64,000 bases of DNA, from IMG/VR virus record IMGVR_UViG_3300032050_000011; one strand, written 5' to 3'. This DNA comes from a virus. Within the stretch, counting starts at the first letter, position 1. Every line of letters starts with the position of its first letter. The position numbers were made by a program, and so were the translations under genes. The notes below the pieces were generated by a model. It was not told the origin of the DNA. It worked only from the letters and a program-made list of their open reading frames with translations, and searched no databases. Shown here in pieces: positions 32,602 through 42,892 of the stretch.

Positions 32602-33710
32602 GATGCTTTTGTTTTTTTAGTAAGTTTTACTATAGCTTGGCTAATAACCGGACTACCCAGATTTCCAGTGCCCTGTATTCTAGTTATTTCATATATAAGA
32701 GGGTACTTTCCTCCTGCTAAAAGTGTCTCGCCTGAGGTAGTAAGTTTGCCCTGTATTTCTGTGTCACCTTTCTGCGATATGTTTCCTTTTATAGCCATGT
32801 CGCCTTCTTGAGACCAGTTGCCCTTAGTCTTTATGTCTTTTGCCTCTGCATCTATTAGTTCAGATGATTTTACCAAGGTCTTCTTGGTCTCAAGACTCCA
32901 CTCTTCGCTAGATTTAAAAGCAGTTTTCTTTGTATTTACATTAAACTCTTCTTCAGAGTTAAAAGTAGTTAGTTTATTATCTATAGTGTAGGATTCCTCT
33001 TCCTTGTCGATAGTAAGGAGTGTTTTACCTGAGCCTATAAATATCTTATTTTGCTCTTTATCTAGCATTAGATATTGCGGTCCAGTAGTTGAGTTATCCG
33101 TTAAAAAATATGAACCGTTTTTGTCGAATTGATAAAAGCTAGAGCCAATTTCATAGTTGTATTCTGGTTCTGGATAGAGCGAATTCTCGCTTGGCGGAGA
33201 ATTAAGCGCACTTATGTTAGTTGGAATACCTTTAAAAGTTACACGATATTCGCCACTGCTGTTTATTACTTCCTGTATTCCATTAAATTCTTTTATATAC
33301 GATATGCTGCCGTCTGCAGGTAGAATTTCTTTTCTGCCTAGGTGTGACAATGCACCAATTATTACGCCTTCTAAGATCTGACCATTTATGCAGGCCACTA
33401 GAACTGTATCACCTGCTACGCACTTTAGATTTCCATAGCTTACATTGGAGCTACCAGGATCAAAGCCTCTTAGATTAAACTCTTCATAGTTATATAGTCC
33501 ACCAAACTTGACTAAAATTGTACATGTTATAGGTACGAGTCTACCTCTATCTATTGTCTCAACTATATATTTGGTTTGATTTTTTTCACTTGAGTAAACC
33601 AACTCCCTAACTGTTCCAACTTTAATAGAATAATCCCTATTGCTTGCGCCGCTAAAAAGATTATGCTCGTCCTCTATATATTCTTTAGGAAGATCGTTTG
33701 ATATTCTCAT
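32598..33710 (-). CDS. Baseplate central spike (gpV/gp5-like)
   Basis: OB-fold-type GDTVLVACING...GVIIGAL followed by beta-strand repeats (I.G.....GD..I.G); follows the hub gene. Confidence 0.65.
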   Translation of the reverse strand: MRISNDLPKEYIEDEHNLFSGASNRDYSIKVGTVRELVYSSEKNQTKYIVETIDRGRLVPITCTILVKFGGLYNYEEFNLRGFDPGSSNVSYGNLKCVAGDTVLVACINGQILEGVIIGALSHLGRKEILPADGSISYIKEFNGIQEVINSSGEYRVTFKGIPTNISALNSPPSENSLYPEPEYNYEIGSSFYQFDKNGSYFLTDNSTTGPQYLMLDKEQNKIFIGSGKTLLTIDKEEESYTIDNKLTTFNSEEEFNVNTKKTAFKSSEEWSLETKKTLVKSSELIDAEAKDIKTKGNWSQEGDMAIKGNISQKGDTEIQGKLTTSGETLLAGGKYPLIYEITRIQGTGNLGSPVISQAIVKLTKKTKAS

Positions 33711-35665
33711 TTATTGCCACCTAATTTTTGTGCATCTGGATCAGCAAAAGATGAAGAGGTCGATGCTCTGTAGTTCTTTTCTTCAGTAGGCGTTAGAAGC
33801 GAGGCATCCTGATCTAGTGCGCCACCACTATCGGTCTGTATTCTATTTAAGTTTTCATCTACAAATATACCTCTAGAAAATACTATGTTTGTAGTAAAAG
33901 ATCGATGATCTTCTTCATATGAAATATTGTGAGATATCGATTCAACATGTGCAATAAAGAAAATTGTTTCTTTTTTATTTTTCTGAATATCGTTGAAGTT
34001 GTTATTTATGTCTAAAACTCTAGAGTCTATCTTGATATTGTCACCAACCTGAATATATCGATCCTGTCCTACTAGATGCAGTGATCCGTTTAGCATAGTG
34101 TGAGTATGGAAATACCATTCTTTCATTAAATATTTTAGGCCATGCATCTTACTAATGTCAGCATCACGGGCTATAACTGCGTTAGGGAGAACGTATGTTG
34201 TCTCTCGCCTGCTCCTAAGGCCATCTCTCGCTATAGATCTGGGATCATAGAAATTGCTACCAAGAGCAAGATAGTTTGCCATAGCCTGAGTGTCAGTGCC
34301 GCTAAACGCATACGAGGCATCTATAGATACCTCTACGAAATTGATCTTATCTCTCCAGTTGGTTCCGCAGCTACTAAACAATACATCGTTGTAGTCTATT
34401 TCTATACATCTTATATTCTTAAATTCAGAAACATATTGATCTACAAGACTACTAACTGAGTCACTAGACTTGCCATCACCAACATAATAGCTATCATTAT
34501 ATAAACGAGATTTATCTACTACGAATGGTTTGCACCTATTGTATAACGCTAGGGACGGCGTGCTTTCATTTTCAAATCTAACTTCTGCTATAAGTTCACT
34601 AGTGAGTCTATTCATGTTACGAGTTATGACGTCCCACATAGTATGCTCGCCATAAACGCTATCATGAGTTAGAAAAACAAAAGAATCGTCTTTACCACTA
34701 TATTTATCATAATCGACGAGTATTCCGCACCCACTTTTTGTATCTATAAATCCAGTTCCTGTATTTTCTTTCAAATTCATGTATTTTTTTAACTTGTCTG
34801 GCAACCTAAATTCGTTCTGGGCTCTCCCTAGAAGTTTTCCCTGAGTAACTTGATTAATCTTATCGCCAAAAAGTGCCTTGGCATTATTTTGATTGACGCC
34901 CCAGAGTTTTATTAAAAAATCAATAGTATCAGAAACATTAAAATAATTTTTATTTTTCGCAGCTTTATCAGCTACTTCAGATTTGGCAGGAGTGTTATCT
35001 ATGGCAGATTTATTTTTTGCTGCCTCTTTTACCTCTGAACTAGTCTTAGTCATATCAGCAAGAGCACCACTAGTCTGCTTATCTTTACTTATTGGCGTGC
35101 TCTTTGAACTCTTACCAACGCTTCCTTCTACATTAGATCTTTGTATAAAGTCTGTGTATAGAAAACTTAGTGCCATACCCACGGCAGTTTCCTCTGGATT
35201 TCTACCAAGAGGATCCACATATAGCATGCTGTTAAATATAGTACCCCAGTCAGTTCCAGTCACAACATAATATTTTAAGGTAGAGCCATCTTGTGGATTA
35301 ACCGATGATACACTTCTAACGGAGTCTATTCTTCCTAGCATCTTAAATGATTTTTCATTTACCGTATCTGTGTGGTTGTATTTAGCTCCAACGCCTATTT
35401 GAGAATTTGACATTAAAATTACACACCAACTGCCTGGTGTTATAGCACTTACCCAATTTTTAGAAGCAGCTAGTCTTATTTCAAAAGTGCCAGCGGGAGC
35501 TCCCTTGCTCTTATTTGTTGCCATAGACAAAAGAGATGCAGAGTTTAATATAACTTGATCAGGCTCAAACTCATCTTTATTTATGTATTTATTGCCAAAT
35601 CTTTCTCTATAGTTGTATACTATAAATAACCCATTTGGGGTTTTTACTTTTACTTTATTTGTCAT
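33707..35665 (-). CDS. Baseplate hub (gp27-like)
   Basis: Lies between tape measure and spike, with G.F.I.L, Y.VTG.DW and LNGSL.L.G...IQVG..I...HVESISH patterns. Confidence 0.6.
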   Translation of the reverse strand: MTNKVKVKTPNGLFIVYNYRERFGNKYINKDEFEPDQVILNSASLLSMATNKSKGAPAGTFEIRLAASKNWVSAITPGSWCVILMSNSQIGVGAKYNHTDTVNEKSFKMLGRIDSVRSVSSVNPQDGSTLKYYVVTGTDWGTIFNSMLYVDPLGRNPEETAVGMALSFLYTDFIQRSNVEGSVGKSSKSTPISKDKQTSGALADMTKTSSEVKEAAKNKSAIDNTPAKSEVADKAAKNKNYFNVSDTIDFLIKLWGVNQNNAKALFGDKINQVTQGKLLGRAQNEFRLPDKLKKYMNLKENTGTGFIDTKSGCGILVDYDKYSGKDDSFVFLTHDSVYGEHTMWDVITRNMNRLTSELIAEVRFENESTPSLALYNRCKPFVVDKSRLYNDSYYVGDGKSSDSVSSLVDQYVSEFKNIRCIEIDYNDVLFSSCGTNWRDKINFVEVSIDASYAFSGTDTQAMANYLALGSNFYDPRSIARDGLRSRRETTYVLPNAVIARDADISKMHGLKYLMKEWYFHTHTMLNGSLHLVGQDRYIQVGDNIKIDSRVLDINNNFNDIQKNKKETIFFIAHVESISHNISYEEDHRSFTTNIVFSRGIFVDENLNRIQTDSGGALDQDASLLTPTEEKNYRASTSSSFADPDAQKLGGNK

Positions 35666-35824
35666 GATATAGATCTTTTATTATCCAATACTCTTGTGAA
35701 TTTCTTATATATCGTATGTCGTCTTCCACTGTATTTGGCTTTATTAAATTTAGTTGAAATTTAATGTCTAAAAATTGTATAATTTTAGATAGAATAAATA
35801 TTGAAAAAAATAGTATGACAAATA

Positions 35825-38800
35825 TCATTCTGATTTTCCAGTCGTGTTGTTTGTGGGCTTCTTTTCTTGTTTTACCCCAGCGTTATTCTGCTGTAATTGC
35901 TTAGTAGAATTTACAGTTGTCACATTTGTTTGAGCCGATTGTCCAGGTGACTTCTTTCCAGTAATTTTTTCATGAAAATAATCGGCAGCACCTCTTATTA
36001 CTGTTGCAAAGCTTTCAGCACCATCAACAATAGTTTTAGCAGCACCATCTTTCATGTCTTCAGTTGATTTTGGTTTAGGTTTTGATACATCTGTACTAGC
36101 TATAGCTCCAGCAAATTTTGCCATAAGCTCTTCTAAACCTTTAGTCGGACTTTTCTCGTACTGTCCAAAGAGTTTTTCAAATGCTTTCTGCGCATATAGT
36201 CGTTCTTGCTCTTGCTTAGATGCTTGTGCCTTATCGACAGAAGCTTGCGGAGTATCTGGTAGAGTATTTGTTTGATCACTTAAATTAGCATTTGCAGGAG
36301 TAAGTCTAGACATAAGTTCACTAAATCTTTGTTTACCCATTATTTGTCTAAGCTTTTGCTCGTTTTTCTTCATGTACTCAACCGTCTTATCCGGATTATT
36401 ACCTTCTTGTAACATATCATTTAATTGAAGAAGCTCAGGTCCACTAGTTGGCATTGAAAGAAGATCAGTAGTGAATGATTTTCTGAGCTTACTGTAATAT
36501 GCTTTAGAGATGTTTTCAGCATTAACGCCACCGCTCTCAAGTGCCTCTAACTTTGATTTTTCGTCCTCAGTGAGTCCTCCTTTTGCTTTTTTTTCTAATA
36601 GATCTTTTGCACGCTTAACTTCATCCAAACTCATTTCAGCAACTCTAAATGCCTCTAAAGGATTAAGGCCTTTATTCATTAACTCATTAGCCTCTACAGC
36701 AGTGGCAAAACTTCGACTAGTGGAAGAAGATCTATCTGTTGTTTTTTGAATTGACTCTACTGCTGCTGCTCTGGCAGCTGAGTCAGTGAAGCCAGATTTT
36801 TTAAATTGAGATACCAGTGACATAATAGACTGTCCAAGTTGCATATTTCCGCCACCGTATTTTTGCATTGTCACATTAAGGTCAGTAATTGTGTGACCCA
36901 GCTCTTTAATAAAATCGTTGTCAAATCCTTCTTGTATACCTATAGCAATAGATTGATTTAAGTCTTTTTGAGTGCCACCAGCACGATTATTTTGAGCCGC
37001 TAGCTGTATATAATCGGCCTCAGTCATTACTCCTTTTTGCTCAAGAAGACCGGCTGTCTGAAATACACTTCCAAACTCGCCTTTCTTAAACCTACCCTTT
37101 ACCATGGTAGGCATATTTCTAATTACATCATCGTAGCTTACTCCGTAATTACTTAAGCGATCAAGTTCACCGCCGCCATACTCACCTGTAATTGCTATTT
37201 TTTTTGCGTAGTCAAGCGCTGCATTGTTGCCAATACTGGCTCTAGCTAAGCCTATCCCTCTGTCCATGTACTTATTACCTAGATAAGTTTCATACGCATT
37301 GGCTGCTATTTTTTCTTGTTTTATAGTTTCGGCTGTAGCTGCAACTTTTTCTGCACTAACTGTACCTTCTGCCACGGCCTTTGCATCTCCAAAAATATTA
37401 AGAAGACCAAAAAGACCCGCAGCCCTGGTGTTTCTCCTGGCTTGATTAAGTATTTGCGCGCCACCAACTAATTGACTATTTTTTTGCAATTCAATCGCTT
37501 CATTTTCTGCTTGTTTTGCATATATACTTTGAGACAAATCTGATATGCTCAGATTGTCCACTCCCCTAATATTGCCCATAACAATTTGATTTGCTTGCTG
37601 TTGTAGTACAGTATTGGCTCTTGTTTTTCTTAGCTCACCTTCTACGAATAGATCCTCGTAAATCTTAGCCGCTCCACCGCCAAACATCGCAGCCGCTCCA
37701 AGATAACCACCGCCAACGCCTTCTTGGCGCTCTTGCCTTTCTTTTTGCTGCTCTTTTTGCCTGTTAATTTCGCCTAACTTCAAATTATCTTGCTGAACTT
37801 TATTTAGCTTTTCTACAGTTTTAGTTAAAGCATCCAGTTCTTTACCGGCCTTAAGTATCGCGTCTATATCTCCACTTTGATCGGCTGACTGCTTTGTCTC
37901 AAATGCTGTGGCCTGCATTTTCCTTAATTCATCTATGCCTTTGCCCTCAGTAAGAGCAGCAACATCTTTACTCAAACCTAAGCCAAGAGCCTTACTAGAC
38001 CACGTGCCTTGCTGAATATTTTTTATAGTTGCAACATTAGCAGCTCTGTCGGCCCTGTAATCTCTTGAACTCTTTTTACCAGCTCTAACCTCTTCTTTAA
38101 GCTCATCAAATCCTACGTCTTCAGCAAAATCTTCTAAAAAACCTTCAATTCGTCTCTGTACTTTCTCATCACCATACTCGCTCACACGCTTTACTTCGCC
38201 AGCTTTTTTATATGCCGCTGACTTTTTTGAAGAAAGTGCTATTTCTCTGTCAATTTCTTCTAGTCGCTTGGTGTCTGCTGCTACTTGTTCAGGAGATCTA
38301 TCTTTTGATTCATTTATCGTGCGCATTAATTCAGTGCGCTCACGACTCTTCTCATGCGCAGCTTTTTTAAATATCTGCTGTTGCTGCTCTAGACTTATTG
38401 CAGAAGAGTATCGAACATCGCTATCCCCTATATAGTCTCTATAAGATATCGCCATTCCAGCTGAATGAGATGAAGTAGCTATACTTCTAGAAATATTTCT
38501 TTCTGTAGAAATTACTGCAGAGTGTTTATGTAGTTGTGTAGCAGCCTGAGAATAGAATCGTTGAATTGACGATATTGCGTCGTTCTCAATGTCAGTAATC
38601 GCACCAGATGCATCTTCGGGGGACATGTTAGATGTTTGAATTTTTTTTATCGCTATTTCATTCTGTCTTTTGATTATGGCAACGTTCTGCTCTAGTTGTT
38701 GCAATAGCGATTGTGCAACTGTCTTTAAATTGCCAGAAAGAGCGTCTACATTTGCAAATACGGAATTTTGTCTGGCATACTCCGCTGCTTCATCGGCTAC

Positions 38801-38836
38801 ACTCTTATTATCTCGCTTTGTGTTCGGTTGCTGCAT
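35825..38836 (-). CDS. Tape measure protein
   Basis: 1003 aa, helical and Ala/Gln/Lys-rich with glycine-rich hydrophobic patches; directly follows the frameshift chaperone pair. Confidence 0.75.
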   Translation of the reverse strand: MQQPNTKRDNKSVADEAAEYARQNSVFANVDALSGNLKTVAQSLLQQLEQNVAIIKRQNEIAIKKIQTSNMSPEDASGAITDIENDAISSIQRFYSQAATQLHKHSAVISTERNISRSIATSSHSAGMAISYRDYIGDSDVRYSSAISLEQQQQIFKKAAHEKSRERTELMRTINESKDRSPEQVAADTKRLEEIDREIALSSKKSAAYKKAGEVKRVSEYGDEKVQRRIEGFLEDFAEDVGFDELKEEVRAGKKSSRDYRADRAANVATIKNIQQGTWSSKALGLGLSKDVAALTEGKGIDELRKMQATAFETKQSADQSGDIDAILKAGKELDALTKTVEKLNKVQQDNLKLGEINRQKEQQKERQERQEGVGGGYLGAAAMFGGGAAKIYEDLFVEGELRKTRANTVLQQQANQIVMGNIRGVDNLSISDLSQSIYAKQAENEAIELQKNSQLVGGAQILNQARRNTRAAGLFGLLNIFGDAKAVAEGTVSAEKVAATAETIKQEKIAANAYETYLGNKYMDRGIGLARASIGNNAALDYAKKIAITGEYGGGELDRLSNYGVSYDDVIRNMPTMVKGRFKKGEFGSVFQTAGLLEQKGVMTEADYIQLAAQNNRAGGTQKDLNQSIAIGIQEGFDNDFIKELGHTITDLNVTMQKYGGGNMQLGQSIMSLVSQFKKSGFTDSAARAAAVESIQKTTDRSSSTSRSFATAVEANELMNKGLNPLEAFRVAEMSLDEVKRAKDLLEKKAKGGLTEDEKSKLEALESGGVNAENISKAYYSKLRKSFTTDLLSMPTSGPELLQLNDMLQEGNNPDKTVEYMKKNEQKLRQIMGKQRFSELMSRLTPANANLSDQTNTLPDTPQASVDKAQASKQEQERLYAQKAFEKLFGQYEKSPTKGLEELMAKFAGAIASTDVSKPKPKSTEDMKDGAAKTIVDGAESFATVIRGAADYFHEKITGKKSPGQSAQTNVTTVNSTKQLQQNNAGVKQEKKPTNNTTGKSE

Positions 38837-38845
38837 ACTTAACCT

Positions 38846-39288
38846 TTAAAAATCGATGTTGACGTCGTCTCCAAAATTATCGCCATACTGCTTCTTTAAC
38901 TCCTGCACCATCCATTCTTCTTGATCGTCAGTGCGCTGCTGCGAATTATTGCTGTTTGCAGTAGACTCCATCTCGGCGCGCTCCTGTTCATCAGCCCAAT
39001 CAAGTGCTTTCTGGCGCTTATCATCTTCTATTTTATCAGTTTCTTCCTCAAGTCGTCTTTCGCGCTGCTTTTCTCTCTCATGTTTATCAAAAAATTCATA
39101 TAGTAACTCGTAAACATTGTAAGAGTTAAGCAGCGGATCTTTTAGTGGCCTATTATAAGTTTTGCTCCACCAACTTCGTAGAAATAACTCGGTGGAGTCT
39201 AGAGAGTCTGCTTTAAGCAAACTATTTGAAATTGCTATGTTATGTATAGCCTCGTATACTGGGAGACCCTCTAGATCTCCCGCCGTCA
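38846..39288 (-). CDS. Tail assembly chaperone, -1 frameshift extension (gpGT-like)
   Basis: The -1 frame is open from the slippery site (K-L-T-A-G-D-L-E...S-L-L-K-A-D-S) into the track ORF 38846..39220, whose TTG start has no SD. Confidence 0.75.
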
Positions 39289-39295
39289 GTTTCCC
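39261..39295 (-). promoter_or_regulatory. Programmed -1 frameshift signal: G-GGA-AAC, 7-nt spacer, 8-bp hairpin
   Basis: X-XXY-YYZ heptamer at 39295..39289 immediately before TGA; hairpin GGGAGATC-TAGAG-GGTCTCCC at 39281..39261. Confidence 0.8.
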
Positions 39296-39663
39296 GCTAG
39301 AGGTTCCCCAACAGACTTCTTTTTGACTTCAGAGGTCCATTCTTCGCTTTTTTCCATACATTTTGAGAATACTTCATACAAAATATCTTCATCTAGAAAA
39401 TCAAGATTATCTATAGATTGCTTGAACCATTCTGGTCCCTGAACTACTCTTATTCTAAGATTTGCCACAACACCAGAAATTGCAGATAGACTAACAGACG
39501 GATTTACCGTATCTGCTGATAATCTAGATCGCTCTATCTCTAGGCGTCTTTTATCTGAAATGTTCAATACGCACTTTACAGTAAAAGTGCCCTCGTATTT
39601 TTTCCCAGTTGTCTCGCCTATTAAACTTACGTCAAAAGATTTTTCATTCTTTGGAAGTTCCAT
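39286..39663 (-). CDS. Tail assembly chaperone (gpG-like)
   Basis: Lies between the tube genes and tape measure and ends at the slippery site. Confidence 0.75.
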   Translation of the reverse strand: MELPKNEKSFDVSLIGETTGKKYEGTFTVKCVLNISDKRRLEIERSRLSADTVNPSVSLSAISGVVANLRIRVVQGPEWFKQSIDNLDFLDEDILYEVFSKCMEKSEEWTSEVKKKSVGEPLAGN

Positions 39664-39724
39664 GACCTCTCCTTAGTGCTTATTTTTATTTATTATACGC
39701 AAATATGCGCAAAATCAGCAGATG

Positions 39725-40249
39725 CTATCCTGGCTTAGCTGGATTGACCACTTCATCTATAAAACCAATTGCCATAAAGTCTAATGTCATTTCTGCCATT
39801 CCTTCTGACCTTACTGACTCTGATCTTCTAGTTATAAGTGCTTTATTTGTCTGAAAAATTAAATTATCTGTCTGTGAATCGCGAACTTCTATATCTATAT
39901 ATTTTTGATGTGCAAAATTTAACATGTTAGCCTGCATAAGCTTATAGCCCGGACCATTGCCTGGTATTCTAAGGCCAGATATAGTGCCGTTTACTTTTAC
40001 ACGATTTGGAGCAAGTTCATGCGGCATATAGGAGTCTATAGTTGTTATCTCTTCAGCTTCGGTGTGTATAGTCCAAGATATCCCGGTGGCAAAAGCTAGT
40101 ATATTACCGTTAACTCTAAGTATACATCTAGCACCGCTAAAATATTTAGCAACGGGTTTTGCCGCCACTATAGAACCAACGCCACTAATTGCGTTACTAG
40201 CTACACTCTCTAATAAATTAAAATTATCTAGCTTATTTTGTCCACTCAT
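39725..40249 (-). CDS. Tail tube-like protein (paralogue 4)
   Basis: YFSGARCILRVNGNILAFATGISW aligns with the other three tube-like genes. Confidence 0.65.
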   Translation of the reverse strand: MSGQNKLDNFNLLESVASNAISGVGSIVAAKPVAKYFSGARCILRVNGNILAFATGISWTIHTEAEEITTIDSYMPHELAPNRVKVNGTISGLRIPGNGPGYKLMQANMLNFAHQKYIDIEVRDSQTDNLIFQTNKALITRRSESVRSEGMAEMTLDFMAIGFIDEVVNPAKPG

Positions 40250-40251
40250 AG

Positions 40252-40809
40252 TTAGTCAAATTGTTGCCCTCTGCCTGAAAAATCAGCCAGAAAGCTATCC
40301 TCATCTGCATAAAGTGCTGTAAAAGAAAATACTTGCTGTGCAAGCGTATCTACTGATACACTAAAGCTAGCACGCGTAATTCTGGCATTTCTTATTTTAG
40401 CAGCTGGAACGTTGTCCTGCCATATTTCTATATCAAAGCCAGAAGCCTGATCTAGTCTGCCTGGATTAAGCGATTCGTTAGTTCTAGAATCAGTGGCATA
40501 TTTAAGAGGATCATTTGCCGGACTGTTGAAGCTCTTCCAGTTTCCTATTCCGTTGCCAGTCTCTTTGTCTGCAGTGTTTACTATGTTAGCATCAGAGATA
40601 CCAGAGACATATCTTATTATAGTAAACTCACCATTAACTTTATAGCTTAAAGGCTCTACGGAAGAGGCCTCATACATACCCAACAGCACTGGCGCAGAGT
40701 GATTTATATCAATCGAATACGATATATTGGTTGCGTAGGCAAGAGTCTTATTATTGACCTTTATTTTTGCTCGTGCACCTGTAAAAAAAAATGGTCTAAT
40801 TTTGCTCAT
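40252..40809 (-). CDS. Tail tube-like protein (paralogue 3)
   Basis: FFTGARAKIKVNNKTLAYATNISY...EPLSY.V.G.F.IIRY. Confidence 0.7.
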   Translation of the reverse strand: MSKIRPFFFTGARAKIKVNNKTLAYATNISYSIDINHSAPVLLGMYEASSVEPLSYKVNGEFTIIRYVSGISDANIVNTADKETGNGIGNWKSFNSPANDPLKYATDSRTNESLNPGRLDQASGFDIEIWQDNVPAAKIRNARITRASFSVSVDTLAQQVFSFTALYADEDSFLADFSGRGQQFD

Positions 40810-40811
40810 GA

Positions 40812-41411
40812 TTAACTCAGATCTCTTTTTGTCGTTGAGTGAGAGGATGACCTATCTCCGTCGCTATCCATAAGTATACCGTTAAAAGAAAACTGATCAG
40901 TCATAAGTGCGCGCTTATTTAACGACCCAGATTTTCCAGTTATACGACAATCTCTTATTCTAAGAACAGGTATATTTTCATTTGTTTCAAATTTAGATTT
41001 AACATATATCTCTAAGTCAAATGTAAGCGAGCTAAGTATAAGTCCTGGATCCAGTTGATCGCCTATGCGTCCAGAATTGGCGTCGTTCCATTCATTTACT
41101 GAGTTGCCACCTTTGCTTGCGCCTACAATAGCTTGACCAGCAGATGAAATCTCGGCCTGTCCATCTACAAATCTTACTAGCGAAACTTGATCAGAGCCTG
41201 CTTCTTTAGTGTAGCGTATTACAGAAAAAGTACCTGAAACAGCATAGGATGTAGGTTCATAGCTTGCTACTTCTAGCATGCCCATGGCCCTTACGCCTAC
41301 ATGACTTATGGTTAACTGATAAGAAACATCTGTAGCAAACGCCATAGTTAGACTACCTAACTTTATCTTAGCGTTTGCCCCAGTTATGAACGAAGGCGTT
41401 ATTCCCGCCAT
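40812..41411 (-). CDS. Tail tube-like protein (paralogue 2)
   Basis: PSFITGANAKIKLGSLTMAFA; closely similar to 41433..41999. Confidence 0.7.
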   Translation of the reverse strand: MAGITPSFITGANAKIKLGSLTMAFATDVSYQLTISHVGVRAMGMLEVASYEPTSYAVSGTFSVIRYTKEAGSDQVSLVRFVDGQAEISSAGQAIVGASKGGNSVNEWNDANSGRIGDQLDPGLILSSLTFDLEIYVKSKFETNENIPVLRIRDCRITGKSGSLNKRALMTDQFSFNGILMDSDGDRSSSHSTTKRDLS

Positions 41412-41432
41412 TCTTGCCTCATTTTACGGAAA

Positions 41433-41999
41433 TTATCCGTTGAGATCAATGTCTCCAGAAGTTCCTGCCGCGGTATCATCATCGTGATTCATGAGTACAG
41501 CAGTGAAGCTAAACTGATCTACTATAAGACCACGTTTAGTTACTGAACCTGATTTTCTAGTAAAACGACAATCGCGTATTTTCACGATAGATTCTACCGG
41601 TCCACCAACAGGATTATCTGAGGCTAGTTTAGAAAATATTTCTAGATCAAAAGTTTTAGAAGATATTATTTTAGCCGGATCAAATTGATCGCCAACTACA
41701 GAATTTGTAGTAGTATCTTGCCATTCATTGATAGAGTTACCATTATTAGATGAACCTGGTATGCTAGTTCTTCCAGTCATCTGAGTAGCTGCTTTAGTAT
41801 ATCTGATTACACTAAGAGTGCCGCTAACATAATAAGATATAGGCTCATTTGTAACTACTTCAAATCGACCGATTGTCTCTACGCCAATAGTAGCTACATC
41901 AACTGAGTAGCTGACATCTTGAGCATAAGCCATAGTCATACTGCCTAACTTAATTTTGGCGTTTGCGCCGGTAATAAAAGAAGGAACTTGTCCTGCCAT
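41433..41999 (-). CDS. Major tail tube protein (paralogue 1)
   Basis: First tube-like gene after the sheath. Start moved to ATG 41999 (GGGAG SD, alignment with paralogue 2); it has its own upstream -10 box. Confidence 0.7.
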   Translation of the reverse strand: MAGQVPSFITGANAKIKLGSMTMAYAQDVSYSVDVATIGVETIGRFEVVTNEPISYYVSGTLSVIRYTKAATQMTGRTSIPGSSNNGNSINEWQDTTTNSVVGDQFDPAKIISSKTFDLEIFSKLASDNPVGGPVESIVKIRDCRFTRKSGSVTKRGLIVDQFSFTAVLMNHDDDTAAGTSGDIDLNG

Positions 42000-42063
42000 A
42001 AAAAACTCCCTGTGGTTCGGTTCCACGTACCTTGAATTTGTGCTTACTTATGTAAACTTATAG

Positions 42064-42072
42064 ATTATATCA
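42064..42072 (-). promoter_or_regulatory. Extended -10 box (TGA-TATAAT)
   Basis: Perfect TGnTATAAT just after a terminator and upstream of the tube genes. Confidence 0.55.
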
Positions 42073-42087
42073 GCTATATACTTAAGC

Positions 42088-42114
42088 AAAAACAAAGGCC
42101 CTCTTTCGAGGGCC
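42088..42114 (-). terminator. Intrinsic terminator GGCCCTC-GAAA-GAGGGCC-TTTGTTTTT
   Basis: 7-bp stem, GNRA loop and U-tract. Confidence 0.8.
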
Positions 42115-42147
42115 CAGTAGCATATCTATAGACATAGAATTTGCGGA

Positions 42148-42864
42148 TTACGGTTTTTTACTTTTTGCTTTTTCAGCCTTTTCTTCTGCTCGTATCATCA
42201 TATCTTCTGGATTTCCAGTTTTTGCACGAATTGAATCCATGCGGATTCTTCCTTTGCCACTAGCCCCTCTGTGTTGAGGCTCTGACAAAATGGAACCGTC
42301 GTCCGTATTTGATTTTTCAGAATCTTTTTTAGACTTTGTAAGAGCCCATTGGCCATTTGGAAAAGAAATTAGGACCTCTTCGCTCTTCTTAAGCTTCATT
42401 TCTTTTTTAGCAGAATCTTCGTCTTTATCTTCGCCATGTTTCTTTTCGTTGTGACGATCAAGCGCTTCAGCTATAAGCTTCTTATCTTCTTTCTCGTCCG
42501 GATGCTTATCTTCTTTCTTCTTGACATTTACACCACCGCCAGAGATACCAGCAGTGATAGAAGAACCAAGATTAGACCCCAAAGGTGCACCCTGTGATCC
42601 AAATTTAGCTAACTGCTCTTTAGACTTCTTCTTTTTTTGACGAAGAGCCGCAAGATCTTCAGCTTCAATTTCTCCATCGCCATCGACATCTAGTTTATGT
42701 CGCTTGCCTTTATGTGAAGATTTACTGTCTTCAGATTTTGCAGTGTTTACCATAGAAGAGCCAACACTCATAGTATCTGAACCATCGCTTAGCATCGCTG
42801 CTTGCTTTTCCAGCGCTTCCCTGGCTTCCAAAAGTTTTTTCTCAAGTTCTAGTAATTTTTTCAT
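42148..42864 (-). CDS. Charged, low-complexity putative internal head/core protein
   Basis: EF-hand-like DVDGDGEIEAEDL loop, several L-x-K-S-like sites and an NGQWALTKS motif. Confidence 0.5.
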   Translation of the reverse strand: MKKLLELEKKLLEAREALEKQAAMLSDGSDTMSVGSSMVNTAKSEDSKSSHKGKRHKLDVDGDGEIEAEDLAALRQKKKKSKEQLAKFGSQGAPLGSNLGSSITAGISGGGVNVKKKEDKHPDEKEDKKLIAEALDRHNEKKHGEDKDEDSAKKEMKLKKSEEVLISFPNGQWALTKSKKDSEKSNTDDGSILSEPQHRGASGKGRIRMDSIRAKTGNPEDMMIRAEEKAEKAKSKKP

Positions 42865-42892
42865 ATATTTCTCGTTTTAAGATTATAACTAA

